Shown here: positions 10,369 to 19,809 of the stretch, in pieces | Layout: the number at the start of each line of letters is the position of its first letter | Numbering within the stretch: the stretch's first letter is position 1 | Source: Verrucomicrobiaceae bacterium | GTDB lineage: Bacteria > Verrucomicrobiota > Verrucomicrobiia > Verrucomicrobiales > Akkermansiaceae | DNA: 64,000 nucleotides | NCBI GenBank assembly: GCA_051252135.1 | Contig: JBPOGH010000001.1 | Span: forward strand, 352,001-416,000 | Direction of reading: 5' to 3' | Made by a program: the position numbers and the translations under genes | The notes under the pieces: model-generated | The model's input: only the letters and a program-made list of their open reading frames with translations | Databases searched by the model: none | Told to the model about the DNA's origin: nothing

Positions 10369-11173
10369 GCGTTTCAAAACTCGCCCTCATTTTCTGAAAA
10401 AGCGGACTCGGGACGCCAAACGTCCGATCTCCCGCCCGTGTTGCCCATTGGACATGCCGGGTGCTGCTTGAAAGCCAGATCCCGTCACTGGTATCAACGT
10501 CGCCCGGAGTAAGCGAAACCTCCTCGATCGGTATATTATTCGATTTCAAGATCCCGATGAGCAGTTGTCTGGTCACCCCCGCCAGACAACCGTCCGACAA
10601 AGGAGGTGTTTTTACCACGCCTCCGTCTTCGATAAAAATGTTGGATGTCGCGCCCTCGCAGAGATTCCCCTTTTCGTTAAATAAGAGAACCTCGTCCCAT
10701 CCCAAATTCCTGCCTTTCGTCATGGCCAGGATGTGATGCGCATAGGAAAGCGATTTCACTCCACTCAATTGATTTGCAGAATCAACGGTCTCCTCAGAAA
10801 GACCGACTTCCACACATTCCGGATATTCCACAAAAGGAGTCGTGGTAATAAGACAAACCGGAGCACCCTTCTTCGAAACCCCAGGCCCACCTGCCCCCCC
10901 GGTGAGCGTGATTCTCATTCTCGCAGAATCAAATTCATTTGCTTCTAAAACTGCGATCGCCCCCTCTTTCAAAAAGCCTTCATCCGGAGCCCTGATCCCC
11001 ATGACTTGGGCACCTTGACACAGGCGCTCGAAATGCCTGGTCCATGCGAAAGGGCAACCTCGTTCCACAATTAGGGTTTCGAACACTCCCACCCCCAACG
11101 TTAAGCCCGTATCGAACGGAGAGATTCTAACCTCTTCTTCTGCCAACAACTCACCATTCTGCCAGACAATCAT
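10343..11173 (-). CDS. Aminotransferase class IV (branched-chain aminotransferase/4-amino-4-deoxychorismate lyase family)
   Basis: GVFET, HFERL, catalytic K in KSLSY, EGATSNIF and LAGVTR motifs. Confidence 0.9.
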   Translation of the reverse strand: MIVWQNGELLAEEEVRISPFDTGLTLGVGVFETLIVERGCPFAWTRHFERLCQGAQVMGIRAPDEGFLKEGAIAVLEANEFDSARMRITLTGGAGGPGVSKKGAPVCLITTTPFVEYPECVEVGLSEETVDSANQLSGVKSLSYAHHILAMTKGRNLGWDEVLLFNEKGNLCEGATSNIFIEDGGVVKTPPLSDGCLAGVTRQLLIGILKSNNIPIEEVSLTPGDVDTSDGIWLSSSTRHVQWATRAGDRTFGVPSPLFQKMRASFETLRLEDGDP

Positions 11174-11278
11174 TGCCGGGATCATTCTAAAATCCACTCA
11201 CCCCCGCAATCGCGAACTCCTCCCCACTTTACCGACCGGTCTTCTTGCCTTTACAATGTCCCCCTGCAATCTTCCGTC

Positions 11279-12484
11279 ATGAAGGAATTGAAGGATGGCA
11301 TCCGCTCACTCGTGCGTATCGATTTCAACGGAAATGTTCACAAGCAATTCCGGGGTACCGATGCCGACAAGCGCTTCGCCAACGAGGTAAAGGTCCTCAA
11401 AGTGTTGGAAGAACGGGGGTGCGAAAACGTCCCGACCCTGATCAGCTTCGATGAAGAGACCCTCACCATCGTCACCACAAGCTGTGGAGCTCCTGCACCC
11501 ATGCTCACCCAGGAGAAGGCTACCGCTCTATTTGATGAGCTTGAGGAGCGCTACGGGATCCGACATGACGATCCCGAACCACGGAATGTCACCTACTCCA
11601 CCAGACTCGGACGCTTCTGCCTCATCGATTTTGAACTCGCCGAAATCCTTCCCGAGCCACAGTCACAACATCAGACCACCAATATCTGGAGAGCCAACTG
11701 GCAATCTCTTACTGTTCAGGGAAATGGACACGAGGGCAATGATGACTCCTCTCTCGTGCTTGGCGTCCATCCGGGAGGTGCCGACCTTCTTGAGAGATCG
11801 GGAGAGGCTCTTCTCGACCCGGAGCATCTCGTCCTCGCGGTTTCCGATGGCATGGGTGGTCGGCAGGCTGGTGAATTCGCCTCTCGCCTGATCGTCAATT
11901 ATGTCCGCCGCCAGGCCAAAGAGCTCTACAAAGGCCTCACCACGGGTGGGAACGTCGACGAGCTTCTCGGTGATCTCCTTAAGAACGCCCATGAAGGTCT
12001 CGTTAAAATGATGGCCGAGGGTGAAAACACTCACGGCATGGGCGCTACCCTTACTCTTGCCTGGATCACTCCTGAAACTCTCCACTGGGGTCATGTCGGA
12101 GATTCCCGCCTCTACTTCTCCTCCGAAAATGAGGTGACCCAACTCACCAAAGACGACTGCGTTGCCTGGCACCAATACCAAGCGGGACAGCTCAACGAAT
12201 ATCAATATCGTAATCACCCCCGGCGCTCCGCACTCACCGAGGTCCTCGGTGGAAGAGGCTCGAACATCTTCCCCCAAACAGGTTCCCTGCCCCTAAACAA
12301 AGGAGGCCGCCTCCTTCTTTGTTCGGACGGACTTGTCGACGGCCTCTCCGACAGGAGAATCTCTGATGAATTGAAAGAACCAGGGAATTCCAAAGGCATT
12401 GCCCAATCTCTGATGAAGCGTTCGCGGGAAAATGCCCAACGGGATGATACAACCCTTATTGTTGCCGACCTCGCCCCCGTCTAA
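11279..12484 (+). CDS. Fusion of a minimal protein-kinase-like domain and a PP2C/PPM Ser/Thr phosphatase
   Basis: N-terminal ~125 aa has K, NE (alphaC), HDDPEPRN and IDFE. C-terminal part has NDD, DGMGG, GATLT, HVGDSRLY, LCSDGL and DDTT PP2C motifs. Confidence 0.85.
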   Translation: MKELKDGIRSLVRIDFNGNVHKQFRGTDADKRFANEVKVLKVLEERGCENVPTLISFDEETLTIVTTSCGAPAPMLTQEKATALFDELEERYGIRHDDPEPRNVTYSTRLGRFCLIDFELAEILPEPQSQHQTTNIWRANWQSLTVQGNGHEGNDDSSLVLGVHPGGADLLERSGEALLDPEHLVLAVSDGMGGRQAGEFASRLIVNYVRRQAKELYKGLTTGGNVDELLGDLLKNAHEGLVKMMAEGENTHGMGATLTLAWITPETLHWGHVGDSRLYFSSENEVTQLTKDDCVAWHQYQAGQLNEYQYRNHPRRSALTEVLGGRGSNIFPQTGSLPLNKGGRLLLCSDGLVDGLSDRRISDELKEPGNSKGIAQSLMKRSRENAQRDDTTLIVADLAPV

Positions 12485-12513
12485 GTTTTCTTCCTGCCCC
12501 AAATTTTGAAATT

Positions 12514-12529
12514 TGGCACGCCAGTTGCT
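12514..12529 (+). promoter_or_regulatory. sigma54 (-24/-12) promoter of glutamine synthetase
   Basis: TGGCACG-CCAG-TTGCT matches the consensus TGGCACG-N4-TTGCW and lies upstream of a GS gene; predicted +1 about 12540. Confidence 0.85.
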
Positions 12530-12539
12530 CCACTTTGTC

Positions 12540-12624
12540 GGATAACCCCACAATATGGTATTGCCAGAACCTCGATTCTTGTCGAGTCTCCGGCCTTCCA
12601 CCGCTTGGGGGATTATTTCCAAGC
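12540..12624 (+). promoter_or_regulatory. Structured 5' leader of glnII (candidate cis-regulatory RNA)
   Basis: Nested complementary segments CCCCA/TGGGG, TGG/CCA, GCC/GGC, AGA/TCT and CTCGA/TCGAG, plus an alternative GCTTGG/CCAAGC hairpin. Confidence 0.45.
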
Positions 12625-12638
12625 AACCAATCAGACAA

Positions 12639-13646
12639 ATGGCTAAATACCGACTCGATTACATCTGGCTGGACGGCTACACGCCCGTTCCAAATCTCCG
12701 CACCAAGTGCTGCATCAAAGAATTTGATGATTTCCCAACCCTGGAGCAACTCCCTGAGTGGGGTTTTGATGGCTCCTCTACCCAGCAAGCTGAAGGCGGC
12801 GATTCCGACTGCGTGCTCAAGCCCGTAGCCCTCTATCCTGACGGTACCCGTGAAAACGGAATTCTCGTCATGTGTGAAGTGATGCTTCCCGACGGCTCTC
12901 CCCATCCCTCAAATTCCCGTGCCGACATCCTCGACGATGAGAATGCCTGGTTTGGCTTTGAGCAGGAATACTTCCTCGAAAAAGACGGCCAAATCCTTGG
13001 TTTCCCCAAAGGTGGATATCCCGCGCCTCAGGGCACTTACTACTGCGGAGTGGGTTATAAGAACGTCGGAGACATTGGCCGCGCCATTGTCGACGAGCAC
13101 CTCGACCTTTGTCTCTACGCTGGCATCAATCACGAAGGCATCAACGCCGAAGTGGCCATGGGCCAGTGGGAATTCCAGGTCTTCGGTAAGGGCTCCAAGC
13201 GTGCCGCTGACCAAATCTGGGTCGCTCGCTTCCTCCTTGAACGCCTTTGCGAAGAATACGCCGTGAACGTCAACTACCACTGCAAGCCCCTTAAGGGTGA
13301 CTGGAATGGTTCCGGCATGCACTGCAACTTCTCCACCCAGAAGCTGCGTGAAGAGGGCGGCAAGGAATACTTCGACAAGCTCATGGCCCAGTTCGAAAAG
13401 AACACCATGGAGCACATCGCTGTTTACGGACCCGATAACGATCAGCGCCTTACCGGCCTCCACGAGACACAGTCGATCGACAAATTCTCTTGGGGAATCG
13501 CCGACCGGGGTGCATCCATCCGCGTTCCTCACTCCTTTGCGAAGAACGATTGGAAAGGATACCTCGAAGATCGCCGTCCAAACTCACAGGGCGATCCCTA
13601 CGCCATCGCTTCCCGCGTCCTCAAGACGATCGAAGAAGTCGGCTAG
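12639..13646 (+). CDS. glnII: Glutamine synthetase type II
   Basis: About 335 aa; YIWLDG, WGFDGSST, WFGFEQEY, GINAEV-GQWEFQ, DWNGSGMHCNFS, RLTGLHET and GYLEDRRP motifs. Confidence 0.95.
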   Translation: MAKYRLDYIWLDGYTPVPNLRTKCCIKEFDDFPTLEQLPEWGFDGSSTQQAEGGDSDCVLKPVALYPDGTRENGILVMCEVMLPDGSPHPSNSRADILDDENAWFGFEQEYFLEKDGQILGFPKGGYPAPQGTYYCGVGYKNVGDIGRAIVDEHLDLCLYAGINHEGINAEVAMGQWEFQVFGKGSKRAADQIWVARFLLERLCEEYAVNVNYHCKPLKGDWNGSGMHCNFSTQKLREEGGKEYFDKLMAQFEKNTMEHIAVYGPDNDQRLTGLHETQSIDKFSWGIADRGASIRVPHSFAKNDWKGYLEDRRPNSQGDPYAIASRVLKTIEEVG

Positions 13647-13669
13647 GTCAGCTACCGACCCAAACTTTC

Positions 13670-13704
13670 AAAACGGTCTTCGGTTCCCCGAAGGCCGTTT
13701 TTTT
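13670..13704. terminator. Bidirectional intrinsic terminator between glnII and recN
   Basis: AAAACGGTCTTCGG-TTCC-CCGAAGGCCGTTTTTTT. Confidence 0.85.
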
Positions 13705-13708
13705 ACGT

Positions 13709-15349
13709 TTAAGAAAGTAGCGACTTCGCCATCTCTCTGGCTTGATCCCCACCTCCACCGAGCATTCTTACCAATTCGTCAACCCGCCCCTCACCACTCA
13801 CCTCTGTGAGTGAGGAGATCGAACGCCCGCCTTCAACCCGCTTTTCAACGACAAAATGTTGATGGGCCACGGCTGCCACTTGAGGGAAGTGGGTAATCGA
13901 AACGACCTGGTGTCGCTGCCCCAGACTGGCCATTTTTTCACCTACCGCCCGGGCAATTTCACCACCCACATTCGCATCGATCTCGTCAAAGACCATCAAC
14001 GGTGTCCGGTCCTGATCGGCCAGGGCATTCTTCACCGCCAACATCACCCTGGAAATTTCCCCACTGGAAGCGACTTGTCGCAGAGGCTTGAGGGGTTCAC
14101 CCGGATTGGGCCCGAAAAGATACTCCGCACTTTCCAGCCCCCACCCACCGGGCTCATCACGCGCGATAAGCTGAACTTCAAACTCCGCCTGCTTAAAACC
14201 GAGATCAACCAGATGGGAGCGGATCTCCGCAGCCAGCGCTGGCGCCGCCTTCTTCCGCTTGCCAGTAAGTTTGCGTGCAGCCGCCCTCACCCCTTTCCCG
14301 GCAGCATCAGCGGCTTCCTTCAAGCTGGACAGCCACCCTTCCCTATTCTCCGAGCTCTCCAGTCTCACCCGAGCCTCGGCACCATGTTCGATCGCGTCTT
14401 CAATGGTCGGCCCATACTTTCGTTTGATCGTCTCAAGAAGGTTGTATCGTTCTTCAACTTCCCGCCCTTCCTGAGGATCGATATCCAGATCATCCAGATA
14501 ATCGGCCAGGCTTCGTTCTAGCTCTTGCATCTGCGTCGTAGCAGATTCGACCTCCTCACTAAGATCACCCATTGCAGGATCAATTTTCGCCAGCTCATGC
14601 ACTGCTCGAAGTAGCTCTTCGAGACCTGGGGAAACCTGCTCACTCACCAAATTGGAAGCCTTCCCCGCTATTTCCATCAATCGGCTGGCATTATTGGTTC
14701 GGCGAAATCTCTCTTCCAGCTCTTCTTCCTCTCCTGCTTTAAGATCGGCAGATTCAATTTCTTCCACTTGAAATTTTAAAAGCTCCTTCTCCTGCTCCCC
14801 CACCTCCCGTTGCGACTTAGCCTCCTCATACTCCTCAACAGCATCCCGCCATTTGGACCACATCTCCCGATAAGCCCTCATCTGATCCGAGGCTCCCGCA
14901 TAAGCATCGAGCATCGCAATCTGCCTTTCCGATGAAAGCAACGACTGATGATCGTGCGGGCCATGAAGATCCACCAAATGACTCCCCAGCTTTTTCAACA
15001 CCCCCAGCGTCGCGGCACAGTTGTTCACAAATTGCTTGTTACTCTTTGCTCCAATCGTTCGACGGATGATCAAAACTTCGCCATCACATTCATCCAGCCC
15101 CGCATCTTCCAGAATTTCATTGATCAATCTGGTCTCGGAAAGCTCAAATATCGATTCAACCGTGCATTGATCCTCTCCCGTCCTAATAAGTCCTTTGGCC
15201 GCCCGCTCACCCAGAATGAGTTTGAGGGCACCTACGATAACCGATTTACCGGCACCAGTCTCCCCGGTTACTCCGACGAGGCCGCCTCCAAGCTCCCATA
15301 CAAGGTGATCAACAAGGGCGAGGTTACGAATCTTAAGCAGCGTGAGCAT
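13709..15349 (-). CDS. recN: DNA repair protein RecN
   Basis: IRNLALVD, Walker A TGETGAGKS, coiled coil, SSGEISR, FDEIDANVGG and QVVSITHFPQVAA motifs. Confidence 0.96.
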   Translation of the reverse strand: MLTLLKIRNLALVDHLVWELGGGLVGVTGETGAGKSVIVGALKLILGERAAKGLIRTGEDQCTVESIFELSETRLINEILEDAGLDECDGEVLIIRRTIGAKSNKQFVNNCAATLGVLKKLGSHLVDLHGPHDHQSLLSSERQIAMLDAYAGASDQMRAYREMWSKWRDAVEEYEEAKSQREVGEQEKELLKFQVEEIESADLKAGEEEELEERFRRTNNASRLMEIAGKASNLVSEQVSPGLEELLRAVHELAKIDPAMGDLSEEVESATTQMQELERSLADYLDDLDIDPQEGREVEERYNLLETIKRKYGPTIEDAIEHGAEARVRLESSENREGWLSSLKEAADAAGKGVRAAARKLTGKRKKAAPALAAEIRSHLVDLGFKQAEFEVQLIARDEPGGWGLESAEYLFGPNPGEPLKPLRQVASSGEISRVMLAVKNALADQDRTPLMVFDEIDANVGGEIARAVGEKMASLGQRHQVVSITHFPQVAAVAHQHFVVEKRVEGGRSISSLTEVSGEGRVDELVRMLGGGGDQAREMAKSLLS

Positions 15350-15401
15350 TCCTTTTTGCGATGTGCTCGGGATTATGTCACCCTTCCCACCGCTTGCAAC
15401 C

Positions 15402-16220
15402 ATGAGCGAATCTTTCCCCACCATGCGCTTTCGCTTCCTTGGAACTTCAACCTCGGTGGGCGTCCCTGTAATCGGCTGCATCTGCGATAACTGCACTTCA
15501 CCCGACCCCAGGGACAACCGGACCCGCAGCTCGGGTTTTCTGGAGGGCCCCTTCGGAAAAATACTCATCGATAGCGGCCCCGACCTGCGAGAGCAGGCTC
15601 TTCGGGAGAAGATAAGCTCTATCGACGCCGTTATTTACACCCATGCCCATATCGATCACGTTGCAGGATTTGACGAGCTCCGTGCCTTCTGTTGGCGGCG
15701 TGAGGACCTCCTTCCTTTACATGGCTCGCAGGAAACTCTCACAGCGTTAAAGCAGATGTATCCTTGGGCATTCACCTCGGAAAAAATCTATCCAGGCTAC
15801 GTGCGGCCAGCCCCCATCGCCTTCGAGGAATCTTTTCGAATGAACGAGCTCCTGATCACCCCGATCGAAGTCGATCACGGAAACGTGCGCACTCACGGAT
15901 TTCGTTTCGATTTTCCAGGTTGTGAATCGCTGGCCTACATTTCAGACGTCAAATCCATTCCCTCTCAATCGCTTGAGCTCCTTGCTGGCGTTGACATTCT
16001 CGCAATCGACACCCTGCGCGAAAGTCACCACCACACCCACATGTCACTCTCAGAGGCACTCGCTACGATCGACTACCTGAAGCCCAAAAAAAGCTATCTT
16101 ACCCATATCTCCCACGAGATCGATTGCAGGCAGGTGGCAAAATCCCTCCCCGCCAACGTTGAATTCGCCTACGATGGGCTCACCCTCGATCTCAACCACA
16201 CCCCCACTCTCTGCTTATGA
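15402..16220 (+). CDS. MBL-fold metallo-hydrolase (PhnP/YycJ-like phosphodiesterase)
   Basis: LGTSTSVGVP-IGC-C--C, THAHIDH and THISH motifs; start could be 15423. Confidence 0.9.
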   Translation: MSESFPTMRFRFLGTSTSVGVPVIGCICDNCTSPDPRDNRTRSSGFLEGPFGKILIDSGPDLREQALREKISSIDAVIYTHAHIDHVAGFDELRAFCWRREDLLPLHGSQETLTALKQMYPWAFTSEKIYPGYVRPAPIAFEESFRMNELLITPIEVDHGNVRTHGFRFDFPGCESLAYISDVKSIPSQSLELLAGVDILAIDTLRESHHHTHMSLSEALATIDYLKPKKSYLTHISHEIDCRQVAKSLPANVEFAYDGLTLDLNHTPTLCL

Positions 16221-17770
16221 TTCGCTCCCTCATCTTCCTCATTTTTGCATCATCGGTCTTTGCGAATCCCGCCCCTCTTCTTCCCGGACACGTTGGCATC
16301 GTCTATAACTCCTCGTCTCCCGAGTCCAAAGACTTGGCCGAATTCTACGCCCTAAACCGGATGATTCCCCCGGAGAACCTCATCGGCATCCCCATGCCGA
16401 TGGAAGAGACCATTGGCCGTGATGAATTCAACCGCTCGATCCGCGACCCTCTCCGTGCCGAGTTTAAGAAACGCAATTGGTGGACCATGGGGAATGATCA
16501 AAATGGGAATCCTGTGCCCATTCGCTCCGTTGTTCGATGTCTGGCGCTCATGCGCGGCGTCCCCCTTCGCATCAACCGGATCGAAACCCCAGCTTCCGAA
16601 GCCACCTCGCAAGCACCCTTCAAACCCAACAATGAAGCTGCGGTCGACTCGGAACTCGCGCTGCTCGGCGTTCCGAACCTTCCCATTGGTGGCCCCCTCA
16701 ATAACAACTACTACCAAAAAGACATCCCCTTCATTCAGCTCCCCCAACAGTATCAACTGCTCGTCGGTCGAATCGACGCGAAGGACACCACCACTTGTAA
16801 GCGCATGATTCTCGATGCCATCGATGTCGAAAAAGAAGGTCTCTGGGGGCGCACCTATATCGACTTCGCCCGTAAAGGCGGTGCTTTTTCAGTCGGAGAT
16901 GAATGGCTCGAAGCCATCACCAAACGATCCATGACCGCTGGTTTTCCGGTAGTCACCGAACGGAGTAAAGACACCTTTGTGAGCCACTACCCGATGGGCG
17001 ACGCCGCAGTTTACTTTGGGTGGTATACCTTCCATCGCAATGGCCCCTTCCTCGATCCCGGGATGAAGTTTCGAAAAGGAGCGGTCGCTGTCCATCTTCA
17101 CTCGCTGAGCGCCGGACAGATGCGCGACCCCTCCGTGAACTGGTCGGCCGCCCTCCTTGACCGGGGAGCTGCGGCCACCTTGGGTAACACCTGGGAACCT
17201 TATCTCCAGGTTTCCCACAACTTCGACATCTTTCATGACCGCCTCATGAAAGGTTACTCAATCGTCGAATCTGCGGGCATGGCCATGAACGCACTCTCCT
17301 GGCAAAACATTGTCATCGGCGATCCTCTCTATCGCCCATTCAAGGTCCTCACCGAAAGACCGTCCGACCTCACGTCGTCACGGGACTACAAGGCCTTGAG
17401 ACTTGCCCACACACAATGGCCCGATCCTGCCGAACTCACCACCAAGCTTCGTGGCGCAGCCGCCCGGATGAAAAGCGGCATCATCTACGAAGCGGTGGGA
17501 TTTGGTCTCCTGGAATCAGGACAATACGCCGAAGCCTCCGCCTTCTTTGAATCCGCCAAAACGAACTACCCCTCACGCTTTGACCAACTGCGACAGACCC
17601 TCAATCAAGTCGAAGTGGATCGCAGACGGGGTGAGACGGTAAAGGCCATCAGCCAACTGCAGGTCGCCAAAGCCAGATATAAGGACCTCCCCCAAGTCAA
17701 AGCCGTCGACGCACTTCTCGTAATTCTCGATCCCCCGGCACCACCGCCAACCAACGCCAAAAAGAAATAG
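16217..17770 (+). CDS. TIGR03790-type secreted protein with C-terminal TPR-like helices
   Basis: Signal peptide; AAVDSEL, RID, YFGWY, GAVAVHLHS, GAAATLGNTWEPY and LSWQ-IVIGDPLYRPF motifs. Confidence 0.75.
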   Translation: MIRSLIFLIFASSVFANPAPLLPGHVGIVYNSSSPESKDLAEFYALNRMIPPENLIGIPMPMEETIGRDEFNRSIRDPLRAEFKKRNWWTMGNDQNGNPVPIRSVVRCLALMRGVPLRINRIETPASEATSQAPFKPNNEAAVDSELALLGVPNLPIGGPLNNNYYQKDIPFIQLPQQYQLLVGRIDAKDTTTCKRMILDAIDVEKEGLWGRTYIDFARKGGAFSVGDEWLEAITKRSMTAGFPVVTERSKDTFVSHYPMGDAAVYFGWYTFHRNGPFLDPGMKFRKGAVAVHLHSLSAGQMRDPSVNWSAALLDRGAAATLGNTWEPYLQVSHNFDIFHDRLMKGYSIVESAGMAMNALSWQNIVIGDPLYRPFKVLTERPSDLTSSRDYKALRLAHTQWPDPAELTTKLRGAAARMKSGIIYEAVGFGLLESGQYAEASAFFESAKTNYPSRFDQLRQTLNQVEVDRRRGETVKAISQLQVAKARYKDLPQVKAVDALLVILDPPAPPPTNAKKK

Positions 17771-17779
17771 ATTCGACCA

Positions 17780-19153
17780 GTGGACTACCGGCAATTGCTC
17801 AATGCGATCAATGATATCCCCGACACTCTCAATGAGTGCTCTCCCCGGGTTTCGTTTGACGAGATCGAAGTCCAGTCCCGTTGGTTCGCAGGATACTTCC
17901 CTGATACCCACCAAGCCAACACAGGACAACGAATCCGAATCATCTCTCCCGGGGAATGGAATCGCGGTGCCGGTCCCGACTTCCTCAACGCCGTAATCGA
18001 GATTGATGGCGAACAACATCAGGGGCCTGTCGAACTCGACATCGCTTCGCGCAATTGGGACCTCCACGGGCACTCCACCAATTCGAATTTCAATCAGGTG
18101 ATCCTTCATGTCGTCCTCCATGATGACGGCCCCACCTATTTCACCAAAACCTCCTTGTTTCGCGAAATCTCGCGTATTTGCCTTAGCAGGGAAAGCGTCA
18201 ACATTGCCCTCGGGCAGCCCCGCCTCACCCAAGCCCTTGCACGTCCCGGACGCTGCCTGCGCCCGCTCAGTCAACTCGCCTCTGACGCAGTCGAGCGCTT
18301 GCTCGAAGAAGCAGCCCGGCATCGCGCCGGACAAAAAGCAGCCCGATTCCGAAGAACCTGTGACTGGCACGACTTTCCACAAGCGCTTTGGGAAGCCTTC
18401 GCAGACAGCCTTGGATTTTCGGCCAACCGCCTCCCTATGCGCCTGTTGGCACAGCGCTTCCCGATCAAAGAACTCACCAAACTTCCAGCTGCCCACAGAG
18501 AAGCCGTTCTGTTCGGCGCTGCGGGATTTCTCGACCCCGGGTTGCATCGTGCGGCACCTCCCGAATCTCAGGAATACCTTCAATCCCTATGGACCCACTG
18601 GTGGAAACTCCGGGACCAGCACGAGTTTCTCGACACCAGAAAACCCCAGTGGTCCACCCAGGCAACCCGCCCGGGAAATCATCCCCAAAGGAGGCTTGCC
18701 GCCCTCGCAACGGCCTCGGGTCAGTGGAAAAAAATCGTTAATTTTTCAACGGAGCCTCCCCCTTACAAATCACTGACAACACTCCTCGCCTCGCTCACCC
18801 ATCCCTTCTGGGACTGCCACCACACGCTCAAGTCAGAGAGAACACACAGACCCATCAGGGTCCTTGGTGAGGCGCGCATTCGGGAGTTCGTTCTCAACAC
18901 CCTCATCCCCATTCATCTGGATAACAAGGAATCCGGCTGGAATTCCTATCGAACAATCCCTGCCGGACCGCCCAACCAGAAAATCAAACGCTGTTGTGAA
19001 CGACTATGGGGATCCATTGAAACCGCAAAGCCCCACCTTTCCAAAGCGTGGCAGCATCAGGCCATTCTCCAAATCTATCATGATTTCTGCCTCGAGGATG
19101 CCTCGGATTGTTCTGACTGCCCTTTTCCGGAACAGATCCTGCAGTGGAAATAG
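17780..19153 (+). CDS. DUF2851 family protein
   Basis: PGEWN-GAGPDF, G-VE, W--HGH, VILHV, RPGNHP-RRLA and C-terminal C-x5-C-x2-C. Confidence 0.8.
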   Translation: MDYRQLLNAINDIPDTLNECSPRVSFDEIEVQSRWFAGYFPDTHQANTGQRIRIISPGEWNRGAGPDFLNAVIEIDGEQHQGPVELDIASRNWDLHGHSTNSNFNQVILHVVLHDDGPTYFTKTSLFREISRICLSRESVNIALGQPRLTQALARPGRCLRPLSQLASDAVERLLEEAARHRAGQKAARFRRTCDWHDFPQALWEAFADSLGFSANRLPMRLLAQRFPIKELTKLPAAHREAVLFGAAGFLDPGLHRAAPPESQEYLQSLWTHWWKLRDQHEFLDTRKPQWSTQATRPGNHPQRRLAALATASGQWKKIVNFSTEPPPYKSLTTLLASLTHPFWDCHHTLKSERTHRPIRVLGEARIREFVLNTLIPIHLDNKESGWNSYRTIPAGPPNQKIKRCCERLWGSIETAKPHLSKAWQHQAILQIYHDFCLEDASDCSDCPFPEQILQWK

Positions 19154-19220
19154 TCCCCTTTTCTTTGTCCTTCTCCTTTTTTCACAACCCGCTATTGCTA
19201 ACGACGTCCCCTAATATTCT

Positions 19221-19805
19221 ATGCGCCGGATTCGCCGCTATATTCTTTGGAGTCTCTTAGCTCTCTTTGCCTACACGGCTTGGCAGCTTTACGACATCCA
19301 ACGGGTAGGCCATCTCGACAGGGATCGCTCTGCCGATTGCGCCATTGTTCTGGGTGCCGCTGCATGGCACACCAAACCATCTCCGGTTCTGAAAGAACGC
19401 CTCAATCACGCCATTGACCTCTTCAAGGCCGGACGCGTCAAAGCCCTGGTCCTCACCGGCGGCTACGGTCAGGGGGCCCCTTTGTCGGAGTCTGAAGTAT
19501 CTTACGATTACTGCGTGGAGGCCGGAATCCCCCGCCACGCCATCCGCATAGAGACCGACTCCGGCACCACCTTTGAAAACCTCACCGAGGCAGCGAAGAT
19601 AATTAAGAGGGAAGGTTGGAGCTCGTCCCTGCTCGTCAGTGACCCCTACCATCTCAAACGCGCAAGGATTATGGCTCGCGATCTCGACCTCTTGGTCTAC
19701 GCCTCCGCAACCCCTTCCTCACGCTTTGAATCAATGGGAGCCCGCACAAAATTTCTTCTTCAAGAATTTGTGATGTTGCACTGGTACCTGATCTCGGGAA
19801 AATAA
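19221..19805 (+). CDS. YdcF/DUF218 (ElyC/SanA-like) family protein
   Basis: N-terminal TM; IVLGAA, TGG-G, S-TT-EN and SDPYHLKRA motifs. Confidence 0.88.
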   Translation: MRRIRRYILWSLLALFAYTAWQLYDIQRVGHLDRDRSADCAIVLGAAAWHTKPSPVLKERLNHAIDLFKAGRVKALVLTGGYGQGAPLSESEVSYDYCVEAGIPRHAIRIETDSGTTFENLTEAAKIIKREGWSSSLLVSDPYHLKRARIMARDLDLLVYASATPSSRFESMGARTKFLLQEFVMLHWYLISGK

Positions 19806-19809
19806 CCCC

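Noticed and set aside
12540..12624. Assignment of the glnII leader to the known glnA glutamine riboswitch
   Set aside because: Conserved core nucleotides and the E-loop were not recognisable, so it is kept only as an unclassified candidate.
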